A stretch of 63,142 nucleotides of DNA, counting the filler, from Chiloscyllium plagiosum (Eukaryota), in the NCBI RefSeq assembly GCF_004010195.1. It is 4 parts of one record of this genome, joined end to end, with 100 filler letters (N's around TTAATTAATTAA, not from the genome) between each part and the next. Parts side by side here need not be neighbours in the genome. Positions count along the whole stretch, not along the records: positions 1 to 18,426 come from NC_057716.1; 3 more parts are not named here. One strand, given 5' to 3'. The notes under the pieces were generated by a model that ran no database searches, was not told the origin of the DNA, and was given only the letters and a program-made list of their open reading frames with translations. Below, piece by piece: positions 1-13,303 of this stretch (the first letter of the stretch is position 1; each line of letters opens with the position of its first letter). The translations under genes were made by a program, and so were the position numbers.

Positions 1-412
1 AGGAAGATCGTATGAGGAAGGGCTGAGGCACTTGGGGTTGTTTTCAATGGTGTAAAGAAGGTTTAGGGGTGACTTGATAGAGGTGTACAAGATGATTAGG
101 GGTTTAGATAGGGTTGACCATGAGAGCCTTTTTCCACGTATGGAGTCAGCTATTACGAGGGGACATAGCTTTAAATTCAGGGGTGGTAGGTATAGGACAG
201 ATGTTAGGGGTAGATTCTTTACTCAGTGAGTCGTGAGTTCATGGAATGCCCTGCCAGTAGCAGTGGTGGACTCTCCCTCATTATGGGCATTTAAACGGGT
301 ATTGGATAGGCATATGGAGGATAGTGGGCTAGTGTAGGTTAGGTGGGCTTGGATCGGCGCAACATCGAGGGCGAAAGGGCCTGTACTGTGCTGTATTCTT
401 CTATGTTCTATA
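1..412 (+). mobile_element. 3' end of a CR1/L2-type LINE
   Basis: Encodes the C-terminal ORF2 motif (RGDLIEVYKMIRGLDRV...TRGH...FFTQ.VV..WNALP) and ends in a TTCTATG-type tail; near-identical copy at 47613-47815. Confidence 0.85.
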
Positions 413-539
413 TATATTCCCTCAAATGGGAAAGGTGCAACAAATCAATCCAGAGTTCCCTGGATGACAAATGAGCTAGAAGTTAATATTAGAAAGAAAA
501 CGTGTGCTTTTGATAGGTGTAAGATAACAAATGCTATTG

Positions 540-1075
540 ATAACTATGAGAAATACTGAAGGCTTGGGTGGGGGAATGGATGAGGGATGTGATAAAGCAA
601 ATAAGAGAATTGAAATGGAATTATGAGAAAAGATTAGAGCTAACATAGAGGGGAATTCTAATGTTGTCAATATAAATAGTAAAAGAGTGACTAAAGAAGA
701 AGTAGCCTGTTTAGAGATAGAACAGACGATTTATAAACGGTGGCGGGGTAATGGTTGGGGTGTTAAATGGATATTTTGCATCTGTTTTTACAGAAGAGGA
801 GGGTGCTGCCAAGGCCATGATGGTAGAGGGGACAAACTCTGTCACTAGAATGATTCGGTATTAATAAGGAAGATGTCTTGGATAGTATGTTGACAAGGCT
901 CTGGGATGAGATGAGTTGCATCCAAGAGTTTTGAAGGGAGTAAGGGTAGAAGTTACAGGGGTATTGGTCATAATCATGCAACCTTCCCTGGACTCAGGAG
1001 GTGCCAGAAGAAAGCAGAATTGCAAACATACGGCCTTGTTCAAGAAAGTTTGTAAGACTAATCCCAGCAAAACAT
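540..1075 (+). mobile_element. Degenerate CR1 ORF2 fragment
   Basis: Decayed match to the LNxYFASVFT / GxDxxHPRVLKE / ANITxLFKK region also seen in intact CR1 copies in this window. Confidence 0.6.
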
Positions 1076-1079
1076 AAGG

Positions 1080-1898
1080 CTGATGCATTTTCAACAAACT
1101 TCAGTCAGAAGTGCCAAATGAATGATCATCTCGGGCTCCTCCTGTGGTCCCCAGCATCAAAATAACAGTCTCCGGCCAATTCAATTCAATCCACATTATA
1201 TCAAGAAACGACTTGAGGCACTTGATAATGTAAAGGCAATGGGCCCTGATAACAATACAGCAATAGTACTGAAGTTGTGTACTCCAGAACTTGTTGCTCC
1301 CCTAACCAAGCTCTTCCAGTATAGTTACAATACTGGTATCTACCTGACAATGAGGAAAATTGCCCAGGTATGTCCTGTACACAAAAAGCAGGATAAATCC
1401 AACCCAGCTAATTACCGCTCAAACAGTATACTCTCCATCATCAATAAAGTGATGGAAGGGGTCATCAATAGTGCTGTCAAGCAGCATCTGCTCAGCAACA
1501 ACCTGTTCACTATCTATGAGGCACAAGTCAAGAGTGTGATGGAATACTCCTGGATGAGTTTAGTGCCAACACCACTCAGGAAGCTTAACACCATCCAGGA
1601 CAGAGCAGCCTGCTTGATTGGCACTATATCCTCAAGTATCCACTCCCTCCACCATTGAGGCTCAGTTGCAACAGTGTGTACTATCCACATGATACACTGC
1701 AGAAATTCATCAAAGATCCTCAGACAACACCTTCCAAACCCACGATCACTTCCATCTAGAAGATCAGCAGATGTTTGGGAACACCACCACCTACAAGTCC
1801 CCTTCCAAGCCACTCACCATCCTGACTTGGAGATACATTGCCGTTCCTTCACTGTCACTGGGTCATACTCCTGGAATTCTATCCAGAATGGCATTGTG
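1080..1898 (+). mobile_element. Internally deleted non-LTR retrotransposon (CR1/L2 group) RT fragment; its 3' tail resumes at ~3053-3155
   Basis: ORF 1122-1658 has KAMGPD...CPVHKKQDKSNPANYR...SIINKVME joined directly to C-terminal YEAQVKSVMEY...IQDRAACLI. Confidence 0.8.
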
Positions 1899-3052
1899 GA
1901 TCATAGAGTCATAGAGATGAACAGCATGGAACCAAACCCTTTGGTCCAACCCGTCCATGCCGACCAGATATCCCAACCCAATCTAATCCCACCTGCCAGC
2001 ACCCGGCCCATATCTCTCCAAACCCTTCCTATTCATATGCACATCCAAATGCCTCTTAAATGTTGCAATTATACCAGCCTCCACCATATCCCCTGGCAGC
2101 TCATTCCATACACGTACCACTCTTTGCATGAAAAGTTTGCCCCTTAAGTCTCTTTTATATCTTTCCCCTCTCACCCTAAACCTATGCCCTCTAGTTCTGG
2201 ACTCCNNNNNNNNNNNNNNNNNNNNNNNNNNNNNNNNNNNNNNNNNNNNNNNNNNNNNNNNNNNNNNNNNNNNNNNNNNNNNNNNNNNNNNNNNNNNNNN
2301 NNNNNNNNNNNNNNNNNNNNNNNNNNNNNNNNNNNNNNNNNNNNNNNNNNNNNNNNNNNNNNNNNNNNNNNNNNNNNNNNNNNNNNNNNNNNNNNNNNNN
2401 NNNNNNNNNNNNNNNNNNNNNNNNNNNNNNNNNNNNNNNNNNNNNNNNNNNNNNNNNNNNNNNNNNNNNNNNNNNNNNNNNNNNNNNNNNNNNNNNNNNN
2501 NNNNNNNNNNNNNNNNNNNNNNNNNNNNNNNNNNNNNNNNNNNNNNNNCGCTCGCATCCAAATCGTTTATGTAAATGACAAAAAGTAGAGGACCCAGCAC
2601 CGATCCTTGTGGCACTCTACTGGTCACAGGCCTCCAGTCTGAAAAACAACCCATCACCACCACCCTGTGTCTTCTACCTTTGAGTCAGTTCTGTATCCAA
2701 ATGGCTAGTTCTCCCTGTATTTCATGAGATCTAACCTTGCTAATCAGTCTCCCATGGGGAATCTTGTCGAACGCCTTACTGAAGTCCATATAGATCACAC
2801 CTACTGCTCCGCCCTCATCAATCTTCTTTGTTACTTCTTCAAAAAACTCAATCAAGTTTGTGAGACATGATTTCTCACGCACAAAGCCATGTTGACTATC
2901 CCTAATCAGTCCTTGCCTTTCCAAATACATGTACATCCTGTCCCTCAGGATTCCTTCCAACAACTTGCCCACCACTGAGGTCAGGCTCACCGATCTATAG
3001 TTCCCTGGCTTGTCTTTACCGCCCTTCTGAAACAGTGGCACCACATTTGCCA
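1899..3052 (-). mobile_element. 5'-truncated CR1 LINE nested in the preceding LINE (spans gap 2206-2548)
   Basis: RT motifs [47 protein letters not shown]-terminal TRGH..WNELP; TCTATGAC tail. Confidence 0.95.
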
Positions 3053-3836
3053 ATTGCAGCGGTTCAAGAAGGCAGCTCACCACCACCTTCTCAAGGGCAA
3101 CTAAGGCCAGCCAGTGTTGCCCACGTTCCACAAAATGAATAAATACAAAAAAAATTAGCAACTACAATTTTTTTTTTGCTTTCTGTACTTTAATTGGAAC
3201 AAAAGAAAGGATTCCTTCATGATCTTTTTCAAAGTGAGGATGTTCTTCGTGAGTCTTTGTTATGAAAGCACAGTTATACCAAAACCTGAATGAAATAATT
3301 TGTTGATAATTATGGTCATAAATTTCAATTTTATCAATGGTATTGTTTTTGCCTCAGTCTCTGAGATTTAATGCTGATAAATAATGCATCAAGTGCTTAT
3401 ATTTTAATTTTCTGATGACACAAGAAATATATTTAAGGGCAAGTCTGCAGGTCAGTGGATCAATGCGCTGCTTGCATTTTTTATTGAAAAGTTATATAGC
3501 AGTTTACATATTGTTGTAGTTGTACATTATTTAAAAAACACAGCATTTATTGTTGTTAGAATTTGGTACAATTCAACATTATTGTCCACATTGATACGAT
3601 GGTTTTTCATGTTTTTGATCCATGTATTGGAGGTGTCAGGTAGGGGTTTGGTGTGGGGTACAGTGCAGGCTGGTGATTGGAATGCAGCAATGAGAGCTAT
3701 CTCTTGGTTGGCGGGTGCTGACTTTTGGGAGATTGTCAAGAATGGGTACATTTGCAGGAATTTGATCAGTCTTTGATGAAGAATGTGACATCTATCCATG
3801 GTTAGTTGAGAATTTGTCTACATCCTTGTGATAGGG

Positions 3837-4063
3837 TCAAGAGTGTGGTGCTGGAAAAGCACAGCAAGTCAGGCAGCATCTGAGGAGCAGGAAAATCGAT
3901 GTTTCGGGCATAAGCCTTTCCTCGGCAATGAGTTCATTCCTGATAAAGAACTTATGCTTGAAACATCGATTTTCCTGCTCCTTGGATGCTGCCTGACCTG
4001 CTGTACTTTTCCAGCACAAACTCTTGACTCTGATCTCCAGCATCTGCAGTCCTCAAATTCTCC
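3837..4063 (+). mobile_element. Penelope pseudo-LTR hairpin element, family A
   Basis: ~85-bp imperfect inverted arms plus a unique tail; decayed CTGAT.A...GAAAC core; flanked by duplicated TC(C/T)TTGTGATAGGG. Confidence 0.75.
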
Positions 4064-4070
4064 TCCTTGT

Positions 4071-4286
4071 TAAAAATCACACAACACCAGGTTATAGTCC
4101 AACAGGTTTAATTGGAAGCACTAGCTTTCAGACGCCGCTCCTTCATCAGCTGGTTGACAACCACCTGATGAAAGAGCGTCGCTCCGAAAGCTAATCCTTC
4201 CAATTAAACCTGTTGGACTATAACTTGGTGTTGTGTGATTTTTAACTTTGTACACCCCAGTCCAACACCGGCACCTCCAAAGGATG
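4071..4286 (+). mobile_element. Penelope pseudo-LTR hairpin element, family B, with hammerhead cores on both arms
   Basis: ~88-bp inverted arms centred on 4157; CTGATGA...GAAA on both strands; 12-bp TSD TCTCCTC(C/T)TTGT at 4059-4070 and 4287-4298. Confidence 0.8.
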
Positions 4287-4479
4287 TCTCCTCTTTGTGA
4301 TAGGGAACAGGTCTTCTCTTTGTGGGTTTACATTAACTTAATTGGAAGTGGTTTGATGGTTTCAAGTTTGACATAGTGGTTCACAGGCAGAATACTCATG
4401 GTCACCAGTGACTGTCACCTGTGACAGGTTGGTGGTGATCAAATGCTCTGAAACTTAAGGTAATGCAAGCCTCATTCCT

Positions 4480-6215
4480 GGAACCATTCTTATAAATCCT
4501 TTCTGCATCCTCTGTTAATTGCTTCACATTCATTTTAAAGTGTTCTGCTCAGAATTAGACACAATAATCTAATTGAGGCAAAGAGGTGTTTTATAAATTT
4601 CACTATAATTGCATTGGTTTTGTGTTCTATGGCCCCATTTGTAAAATCAGACACTGTATCCTTTCTTACACCTTTCCAACTTGCTTTTCCACCTTTTTCT
4701 GATTTGTGCACATCTTTTCCCAGGCTTGTCTGCCTCTGCGCCAACTTTAAAATTATATTTTCGATTTGATATTGCCTCTGCTTGTTCTTCTTAGAAAAAT
4801 GTATCACTTCACGTTGCTCTGCATCAATCTTAATCTGCCTACCATATGCCTGCCTATTCTGTCAGCCTGTTAATGTTCTCTTGAAGTCTTATCATGTTTC
4901 TCCTTACAGTTCACAGTATTTCCAAATTTTTTGTTATCCCCAAATTTTAAAATTATGACGCTCTATAATCAAGTCTAGGTTATGAGTATAGCCCAAGGAA
5001 AGCTGATGCTTGGGAAACATTATGGTATGCCTTACACTATATTTGAAAAACAACTGTTCACCACTATGCTCTGTTTTGCTGTTAATCACCTAACATTATA
5101 TCCATTCTGCTGCTGTCCTTTTGTACCATGACCTTTGCCTTTCTAACAGGCCTGTCATAATAAATGCACTTTGGAAGTCGAGATATGCCACATCAATTAT
5201 ATTATCCACATCAACCTTGTCTGTCGTCCTGTCAAAACTGAAACCCAATTCATTGGCTGTGATTTGTCTTTTATACGTCCATGCTGGCTTCCTTTAACTA
5301 ATTCACACTTATAAAAGGGCCTGTTTATTTTGCCCTGAGCAAATGGGCGATTTTCAGGTTGCCAAACCGTAATTAGTGGAGTGCCGCAGAAATCATTCTG
5401 GGACCTATTTATGATTTATATTAATGACTTGGATGAGGGAAAGCAGATTTGCTGAAAGTACAAAGGTCGATGAGAAAACAAATGATGAGGAGGATTCATG
5501 GAATCTGTAAAGCAATGTAGATAGATTAAATAAGTGAGGAAGAAAATGGCTAATGGAGAATAAACTGGGAAAATGTGAGGCTTTCCACTCTGGCAGGAGA
5601 ATAGAAAATCAGAATGTTATTTAAAAGAAGAGAGAGAAAGAGAGACCAAAATACAGAGGGATCTGGGCGTCCTTGTGCAAAAACTACATGAACTTAGCAC
5701 ACTGGCACAGGAGGTAATTGAGAATGTAAATGCAGGATAGAGTACAAAAAGAGAGAAGTCTTGGAACAACTACACAGGACATCAGGGGAGTCTCCACCTG
5801 GAGTACCATGCACTGCTCTGGTCATCTTACTTAAGAAGTGACTTGGAACCAAGTTACTTAGGCCTGTGTCGAACCCATGCATAGATGCAGAGGAGGCATA
5901 CATCACTTGTCATGAAACAACTGAGTTCATCAAACAGGTCTTTAAGATTCAGGATAGATCTAATGGAGCCCTTCAATGCACCAAAGTAGGTCTCTGCCAA
6001 TTTAAAACTGAAATGAGGAGGAACATCTTTTCTCAGAGGGTTGTGAGTCTTTAGAACTCCTTGCCACAGAGAACAGAGGAAATAAGTGTGTGTATTAAAG
6101 GGTTAGATAGATTCTTGATCAGTAGATGAATCACAGGAAATGGGGAGGGCACAGGAAAATGGATGTGAGGAATGTGAGATCAGCCATGACTGGTACAGTA
6201 GTTCTCAAAGGGCCG
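4480..6215. mobile_element. Old degenerate CR1/L2 fragments (minus ~4480-5340, plus ~5350-6215)
   Basis: Decayed RT and 3' motifs such as IHFSKKN, SGVPQ, IYINDLDEG, MRRNIFSQRVV. Confidence 0.65.
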
Positions 6216-8619
6216 AACTCCCTTTGGAAACAGGATGAAGATTCTGGGGCAAGGCTCAATGTGATGTGCACAAGGGGAGGCTTGTATTACAGGTGTATTT
6301 CACATCAGCATACCCACACCCCCCCAATCAATGCAATAAATCTTCTACATCCTGAAGACCTGCTGCCACTTCTTTGAATGACCCTAACACTGCCATGGAT
6401 CCATCATCACTTGAAGCAACGTCTGGGAAATGCATTAACATTGTACAATAAAGTGTTTCCCATCCCACCTGTGTGGGGGCCATTGAGCTGTTAATGCTCC
6501 AGTGGTGTTTAAAACAAATGAAGGATTCTTTTATTGGATCATACACATTGAGATTATGATTATAAACAAAATATAACACTGTGACACCCAATTGTAATGA
6601 GGTGAACCATGTCATGTGCTTGCCATTGCTCCTGCTTATGCTGTCAGTTAAGACAGATACAGGCTGCTGATCTTGCTGTTCCGTGATGTCTATGACTATC
6701 ATCTTGTAGTTGCCAGAGACCTGGTAGGGCCTTGGTATATTGAGGACCACTTCTACAAATGGCTTCATGAAACACTGGTGTCAGAGGGAATGAAAACCTG
6801 CTGTCCACTCCATATAGATGTCCACTCCAGCCAAACCCTGAGGCACTACAGGCAGCTGCAGCCCAACCTTTTTAGGTTGTAATTGTCCTTCCTTTCTCAA
6901 CAGAGGAGTGTGAGGCACTGGCAACAATTTCAGTCACTTCAATCATCTAGTCCAGCTGGTGTTCCAGAGAGCTCGGGTAGGTGGTGATGACATGCCAGTC
7001 CGTGCACACCGCTGGCATCCACAGGGTAGTGTGCTGGTTATAGCTCACCATGATGGTTGCCAGTCTCTCTGTTGAGGCCATTGGGCAGGCAGACATCACA
7101 GGAACGCCTGGATGCACCTTTCTGCGTTAGGGTGCAGAAGTAGAATCTCTGCCAGACGTTCCCTTACTTTGTGGCTCAGCTGTAATGCCTGCCACCATAT
7201 TGATGATGCCAGAGGCGCACTGGTCAGCCTGATGCGGAGCATTGCAGGCCCCTGCTGGCACTGTCCTCTGAATTTAAGTGGCTGCAGCATTCACTACCCT
7301 CACCAGCTCTTCGCATACATCTGTGCTGTGCTCACAGCATGTAACCCTGTTACTACTTGTCCATGTATGCCCATGAATGTCTGCACACCTGGAAGCTGGG
7401 TAATGGAGGGGATGGTATGAAGGCTCAGCGTCTGAAGTGTTCTCCTCATTTGGTTCAGCTGCCTGGCGTTGTACATCAACTGTACAATAGAGAAGGGTGA
7501 TGAGAGGGCAATCTGCTGCTTAATACATCTTCCTGCATACCCATCATTTACAGCTTTATTATTACAGTATTTGTGAATAAATAAGCACTACACTTACTGC
7601 ACACCAGAGGGTGTCTGTCTCTCATCAATTAGGCCATTAACTCTCCTAGGGCTCTAGATCCATCTCACCATGAGCGATTGCTTAGCCTATCTCCATATCT
7701 GCCACTCCAATGCCTCTTTCAGCATGAGCATGTATAGCAATAGGCTCCGATTCTTCATCATTCCCTTGCATTCTGAGCTCTCTTCTGCATTATTGAACAT
7801 ACCATTGTTACTTGTTCATCAAAGACACAATCATTTCTCCTGTTGGCGGCAAACAGATATGGCTCCTACAGTGGCCAATCAGTAGTGTCTGTGTAAAAGT
7901 CACCTTTGCCTGACCAATGTACTGCACAGAGAGACTTACCATGTGCCTGACATTCAACACTGATGCCTTGACACAGCCCTGAAAAGGTGGGCAATCCTTT
8001 CTCTTGTCTCATGCTTTCCTTCAGTCACATTGAAAGCTGCAGACTCTGCATCCAGGTCCACCCTACAATTGCTGACTGTTATTTTCATCCAGATCTGGTT
8101 GCTTTGAAGAACTGCTCTTCTCCTTTCATGTCAAGAGAGCATGATTTTCCTCTGAGCTTTTACAATGGGGAGGAACACTTTCACAGAGGCAACAGTGAAT
8201 TATGGAAGAACCTTTGATGTACTTTTGGCCATTTCAGCAGGGCACTCGATTGCTAGCCCTTTCTGACTGCTCCTACTATGGCTGTTACTTGTACAACCAC
8301 CACAGTTGCCTTTGAAAGTTGGTGTCAGCATTGTCTGAACTGAAACTTGCCCGTGTCTGTGTCACCTAATTGGCTAGCTCCCTGTCTACCAACCTTTAAT
8401 TGGTTGAAAATGAAAATATTGCTTTTGCAACTCCACCTCCTGCCAATGTGGTCATGCCACCTACTGTCTAAGCTGAAACTGGAATCAAAATTGATTGGTA
8501 GCAATAAAATCCTAGCCTATGGATTTGTGACTAGATAAGTCCTCTCTGAGGAGATTGGTTTTATCTGCAGGAAATATATCAAATATTAGAAGCTCCTCTT
8601 TAAGTTATATAGCAAACAA

Positions 8620-9050
8620 GTTCATCAACAACAACATGAATTTGCCAAGTGCCTTTTCCCTAAAGTGCTGCAAGGCATTCACAAAACAGTATAACACAAA
8701 ATATGAGTCATGTAAAAATGTGTAAGTCTAATGAACTAAAAGTTTGTCAGCGAAATTGATTGTAAGGAGTATATGAAAAGAGGGTAGTGAAGTAAAGAGG
8801 CGGAGAGGTTTAGGGAGAGATTTTCAGAGATTAGTGGTCAGTAGCTGAAAGGATAGCCTCCAGTGATGGAGCAATTGTAATCAAGAAATGTTTAAGGGAC
8901 CAGAATTAAAGGAACACAAATATGCTTTGTGGATTGATGAGCTGGAGGAGATTACCGAGTTAGAAAGAGATGAGACCAGGAGGCTTGCATCTGAGGATAG
9001 GAATTTCAAAATTCAAATACAACAATTAGAAAGTCAAATTTGGAGGTCCC
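8620..9050 (-). mobile_element. Degenerate L2-like 3' end
   Basis: Reverse complement resembles an L2 tail (TGTGAATGCCTTGCAGCACTTT) preceded by pyrimidine-rich sequence. Confidence 0.4.
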
Positions 9051-10359
9051 AAAAATGTAAGCTAACATTCATCAAGTTAATTACCCAAGAATTGTATTCC
9101 ACACTAGGAAGCTATTAATTATGGAATATGATTAAATAATTCATCACTTTTATACATTTAAAATGATACTGTTTGCTCTGTGGATTCCAGAAGATCATAT
9201 CTTTGAGAATCTTAAAAATCAATGTTATATAAAAGACAAACCTGAGTTCACAGTATTTACTGAGATTATAAATCTATGAGAATAAATTGAGCAGTTGTAG
9301 GATGAAATAAAACTTATACATATGATTTATTGAGTATTTTTATTTCATTTTTGTAAAAATAAATTCGTGTAATTATTAGAGTGCTGAGACTGTGCAGCTG
9401 TCTTATAAGCCTTTGCATCAAGTGATTCACTGCATAAGTGCTGGCTGCTAGATGTTAAAGCTTAAAAGACCTAGAGAGCCATTTCTAAAATGCTTACTAT
9501 ACTCCCTGGTGTTATCTGTGGAGCTGACCATATTTCTGTGTCTACCAAATTGCACTACCAGCAAATTCTGTAATGTATCACAATAACAAATAGCTGTTCC
9601 AATGGACTGTATAATGGAAAGTATTCACAAGCAACATTTTACAAGATTTTCCAAATTTGGGGAGAGAGATGCATTTTACGAGATCTTCAAACCTCAGTCC
9701 ATGCTAATATGATACATAAAACACCCAGTGTCTCTCATTTTCAGATCTTGTGAATGTTTTGATATTTGTTTTGCCTGTGTGAATGTACTGGATTAATATA
9801 CTTGTAGGATGTTTCTCTAGATGTAAACCACATTGCTAAGGTAACAGTCTCCACATGCTGTCACCCAGCAAGGCATCATGTGAAATAGCTTGGAGTAGTT
9901 TCAAAGTACTTCCATACCGATGCAGGTTCATATCATAAAACAGTCCACAAGTAAACTTGCTGGACCACAAATTAACATTAAAATCACAACCCAGTTGGAG
10001 ACATAAGAATGCCTTGTGTGAGAAACTCAAGGAGCAGAATCTCACAAGAGTCTAATGGGGCTGTGGTGAGAAATTTGGGAGAATCACGTGAGAAATCCAA
10101 AGAGAGCTTTCTTGACATCAGAAGCAACTGTTGCCATTGTATTGAGATTCTCGCTCATGATTTGCCTATCATCTAGGATTGTTTGTTATCCCTATTAACT
10201 GCAGATCTTGACTTATTAATGTGCAACCTCTACCCTACCACCTGGCATGATGAAACTGGATGCTGAGAACACTTGAAACAGATGTTGAAACGGGTACTAT
10301 ACTTGATGACTCCAGCTTACTGTATGTTTAGTTAGATATCCATCTTGGACAACTAGTAC

Positions 10360-10770
10360 CTATTTTCCAGGGCATGGTCCAGGGCATCAAATGTATGCAC
10401 CCCATGTCCATTGAAGATGGAATTACTGACACCTCCCAGCCTCTCTGAACCCTCATGGCACATCCCTGATCCATTTACAGGAGACTTCTGCTCTTTGAAA
10501 CTACAATTCAGGTCACACCTGGCATTACAGTGTTGCTGCATGGACACATTACACTGAGATAACAGCTCACAGTCTGGGTGTGGAGATTGTTCTGAGAGGT
10601 GGTCACTACCATATAGCCTGGGCCAGGTGAACCACATCATCTTAGTATGTTGTGCTCTACATAATTGGAACAGGCACTGGTGGGATACAATAGACATTGA
10701 GGAACTTGGAGAATGACAGCACTCATCTGAGGAGAAGGTTGAGGACACTGAAGAGGAAGAAGCTCTCCTT
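10360..10770 (+). mobile_element. Decayed PIF/Harbinger transposase fragment
   Basis: ~10597-10670 reads RWSLPYSLGQVNHIILVCCALHNW, matching the HARBI1-like C-terminal LQYxPxxVxxIIxACCxLHN motif. Confidence 0.6.
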
Positions 10771-11559
10771 GAGCGTGACAGAGCTGAGCTGCATCAGACA
10801 CTACAAGGCTGACAGGATTGGATTGACACCCGGTTTTATCAGATGGCAACTGGGTGCTGCAAACAGTCATTGACTGGGAAACAGTTATTGGTCACCGTGC
10901 AAACATTTTGTTGTATTCTGGGGAAAACTGCAGCCTCTGTTGATTTTCTTTCTGCTTACACATGTTGTTTGCAAATAAAAGATAATATCTGGAATTGCAA
11001 GGATGTTTCCCTATATGTGACAGCTCCCCACTAGACAATGATAAAATGCAGGGATGCAGTAGGCGGTGGGGAAAGAGTAGCAATGTTTCAGGGGGTGGTA
11101 AGATGGGATGTGGCTAAGGACTGGTGAATTGTGTAGCCTGGCAATTGAACAATGACTGGGGCAAGAAAATAGGTTTGTATACACGAGGCGGTGTCAGCCA
11201 GGCCAGATATATGCCCTCAGCAGTGTTATGTTTATGGCAGCTGTGTCGTCATGTTGCTAGTGAAGAGCAATTCCAAACACACTTTTCTGGGTGTTTGGCT
11301 GAAGTTTCAATGCGACACTGGCACCAGAGATATTTATCTATTTTGGGATAGCTGGAAATGGCAAGTGGGAGAATTATATTGGCATTGGACGTGATGTGCA
11401 CCAGCGGGGTGGGGTGGGTGGTTAAGAAGGTGAGTTTGGTAAAGTGACCAGATCTCAGCGAGAGAAACACTCCATGAAACCCGAGGATGTTAGTCAAAGA
11501 AAAAGCAAAGTTCAGTCCGAGGAGTTGGGAAGATTCTTGTCTGGTTTGAAGTTAAAGCA

Positions 11560-12225
11560 GGGAAAGTGGACACAGAATATTATTGAAATAGAAAAGATAG
11601 AGACTGCAGAAATCTATGGAACAGAGGACGTGGGTGTCCTGGTATGTGGCATGCAGGTTTACTGAGTGATTGGGATTCCAGATGGAACTTTGGGAATTAT
11701 TGCAAGGGATAACAAGTATAAAAGTAAGGAAATGATGCTACAGCTTTATAGACCCTTTATAACACTGTCTCTGCAGTATTTCAATATCTTAATTAAGGTC
11801 CAATGTAATTGCATTAGAAACAGTTCAAAGGATGTTCAGTTGGAGATTCACGGGTTGGAGGATTGTTGTGAGGAAACATTAAGGAGGTTAGGCCTATATC
11901 AATTGGAGTTAAAAGATTGAGAGGTGATCTAATTAAAGCAAGTAAAATTCTGAGGGCTCTGACAGGGTGGATCCCTTTGCTGAGGACTCCAGAACTCTGC
12001 AGCACAGTTTTCAAAGTGAGGAGTGTCCCATTTAAAGTGGAGATGTGGAGGAATTTTTACTCATAGTGGGTTGTTAGAGTTTGAAATTCTCTTCCCCGGA
12101 GAAGGCTGCATCATTGAATAAGCCGAAGGCTGAGTAAGATACAGTAAGAGAGAATCAGGAGTTACACAGAGCAGACAGGAAAATGGAGTTAAGGGCATAA
12201 TCAGATCAGAAATGACCTAAAGAAG
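11560..12225 (+). mobile_element. Degenerate CR1 3' region
   Basis: YKSKEMMLQLYR, EETLRRLGL, RGDLI motifs with stops and frameshifts. Confidence 0.7.
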
Positions 12226-13026
12226 AGTTCTAAAGAACCATCAGATCTGATTCAAAATATTAATTCTGTTTCCTTCTTGACAGATTCTGGCAGATCTGCT
12301 GAGTTTCTCTAGCATTCTCTGGTTTTATTTCATGTCACCAACTCCCTACCAGATCCTCTCATGCCCTTTTCATCCAATGCTAGCCCGATTCTCCCATACA
12401 CACTGACCTTAGTATTTGCCACCGCCTGTATATTTCCAGCATATCCCAGTAATCCTAGCAGCATCCTGGAAACCTAGCCATGTATGTGGCCAAGCATTGG
12501 CAGCCTGGAATTGCCCTTTACCATCAGCATCATGGAACAGCAGCCACAAACTAATGCTTATCATGGCACAGGTGACATGGCTGACAACACCTGGCGTACA
12601 ACAGTATACAGGGGAACCTCGATTATCTGAACGTGATGGGCGGGCAATACTTCATTCAGATAATCGATTATTTGGTTAATCGATTCAATGCTTTTCCTCT
12701 TGGGGCTCAGAGTTTTTAAAGTCTGCTACCCATTCAGGAGACTGCAGCAGCACACAGCATGCAAGGCCCCGCCCACAACACTGCCCACCCCCCCCCGATA
12801 CAGCTCCCNNNNNNNNNNNNNNNNNNNNNNNNNNNNNNCCTTCCAACACTACCCCCCAGTCCTCATCCATCACCGCCTCCTGTCCCCAACACTCCCCCGC
12901 CCAACACCACAACCTACCTGCCCCCAACCCCATACGCACCCACCCCACTCTCCGGGGCAATTGGACTGGACATCAACAACAAGACTGCTGCAGTTGCCTT
13001 TTTGCGCATATGTATGTACACATGTG

Positions 13027-13030
<4 letters not shown>

Positions 13031-13065
<35 letters not shown>
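13031..13065 (+). repeat. (CA)n microsatellite inside the DNA element
   Basis: Direct reading; the counterpart is (TG)n at 46869-46896. Confidence 0.95.
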
Positions 13066-13068
<3 letters not shown>

Positions 13069-13303
13069 TTTACTGCAGCTTTTTGACAGATTCCACCTTT
13101 GCCCTGTCTAGAACAATGTTGGAGAGATTATGTGGGGTCGGGGGTGTTTAGGGTACACCCCTCTGTAGAACTCCAGGAAAAGTGTGGGGAGAGAGAGAGG
13201 GCGGGAGGTCATTTGGATTGGTGCCTGTTTAATCACTGTAAACAAAAGATGCGATCATTGTTGGAAACACGTCTTGATGTAATGTTTCCATCAGGTCCTC
13301 AAG

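Noticed and set aside
6300..8400. GC-richer tract that may be another decayed Harbinger-type element
   Set aside because: Only vague motif resemblance; I cannot support boundaries or identity by eye.
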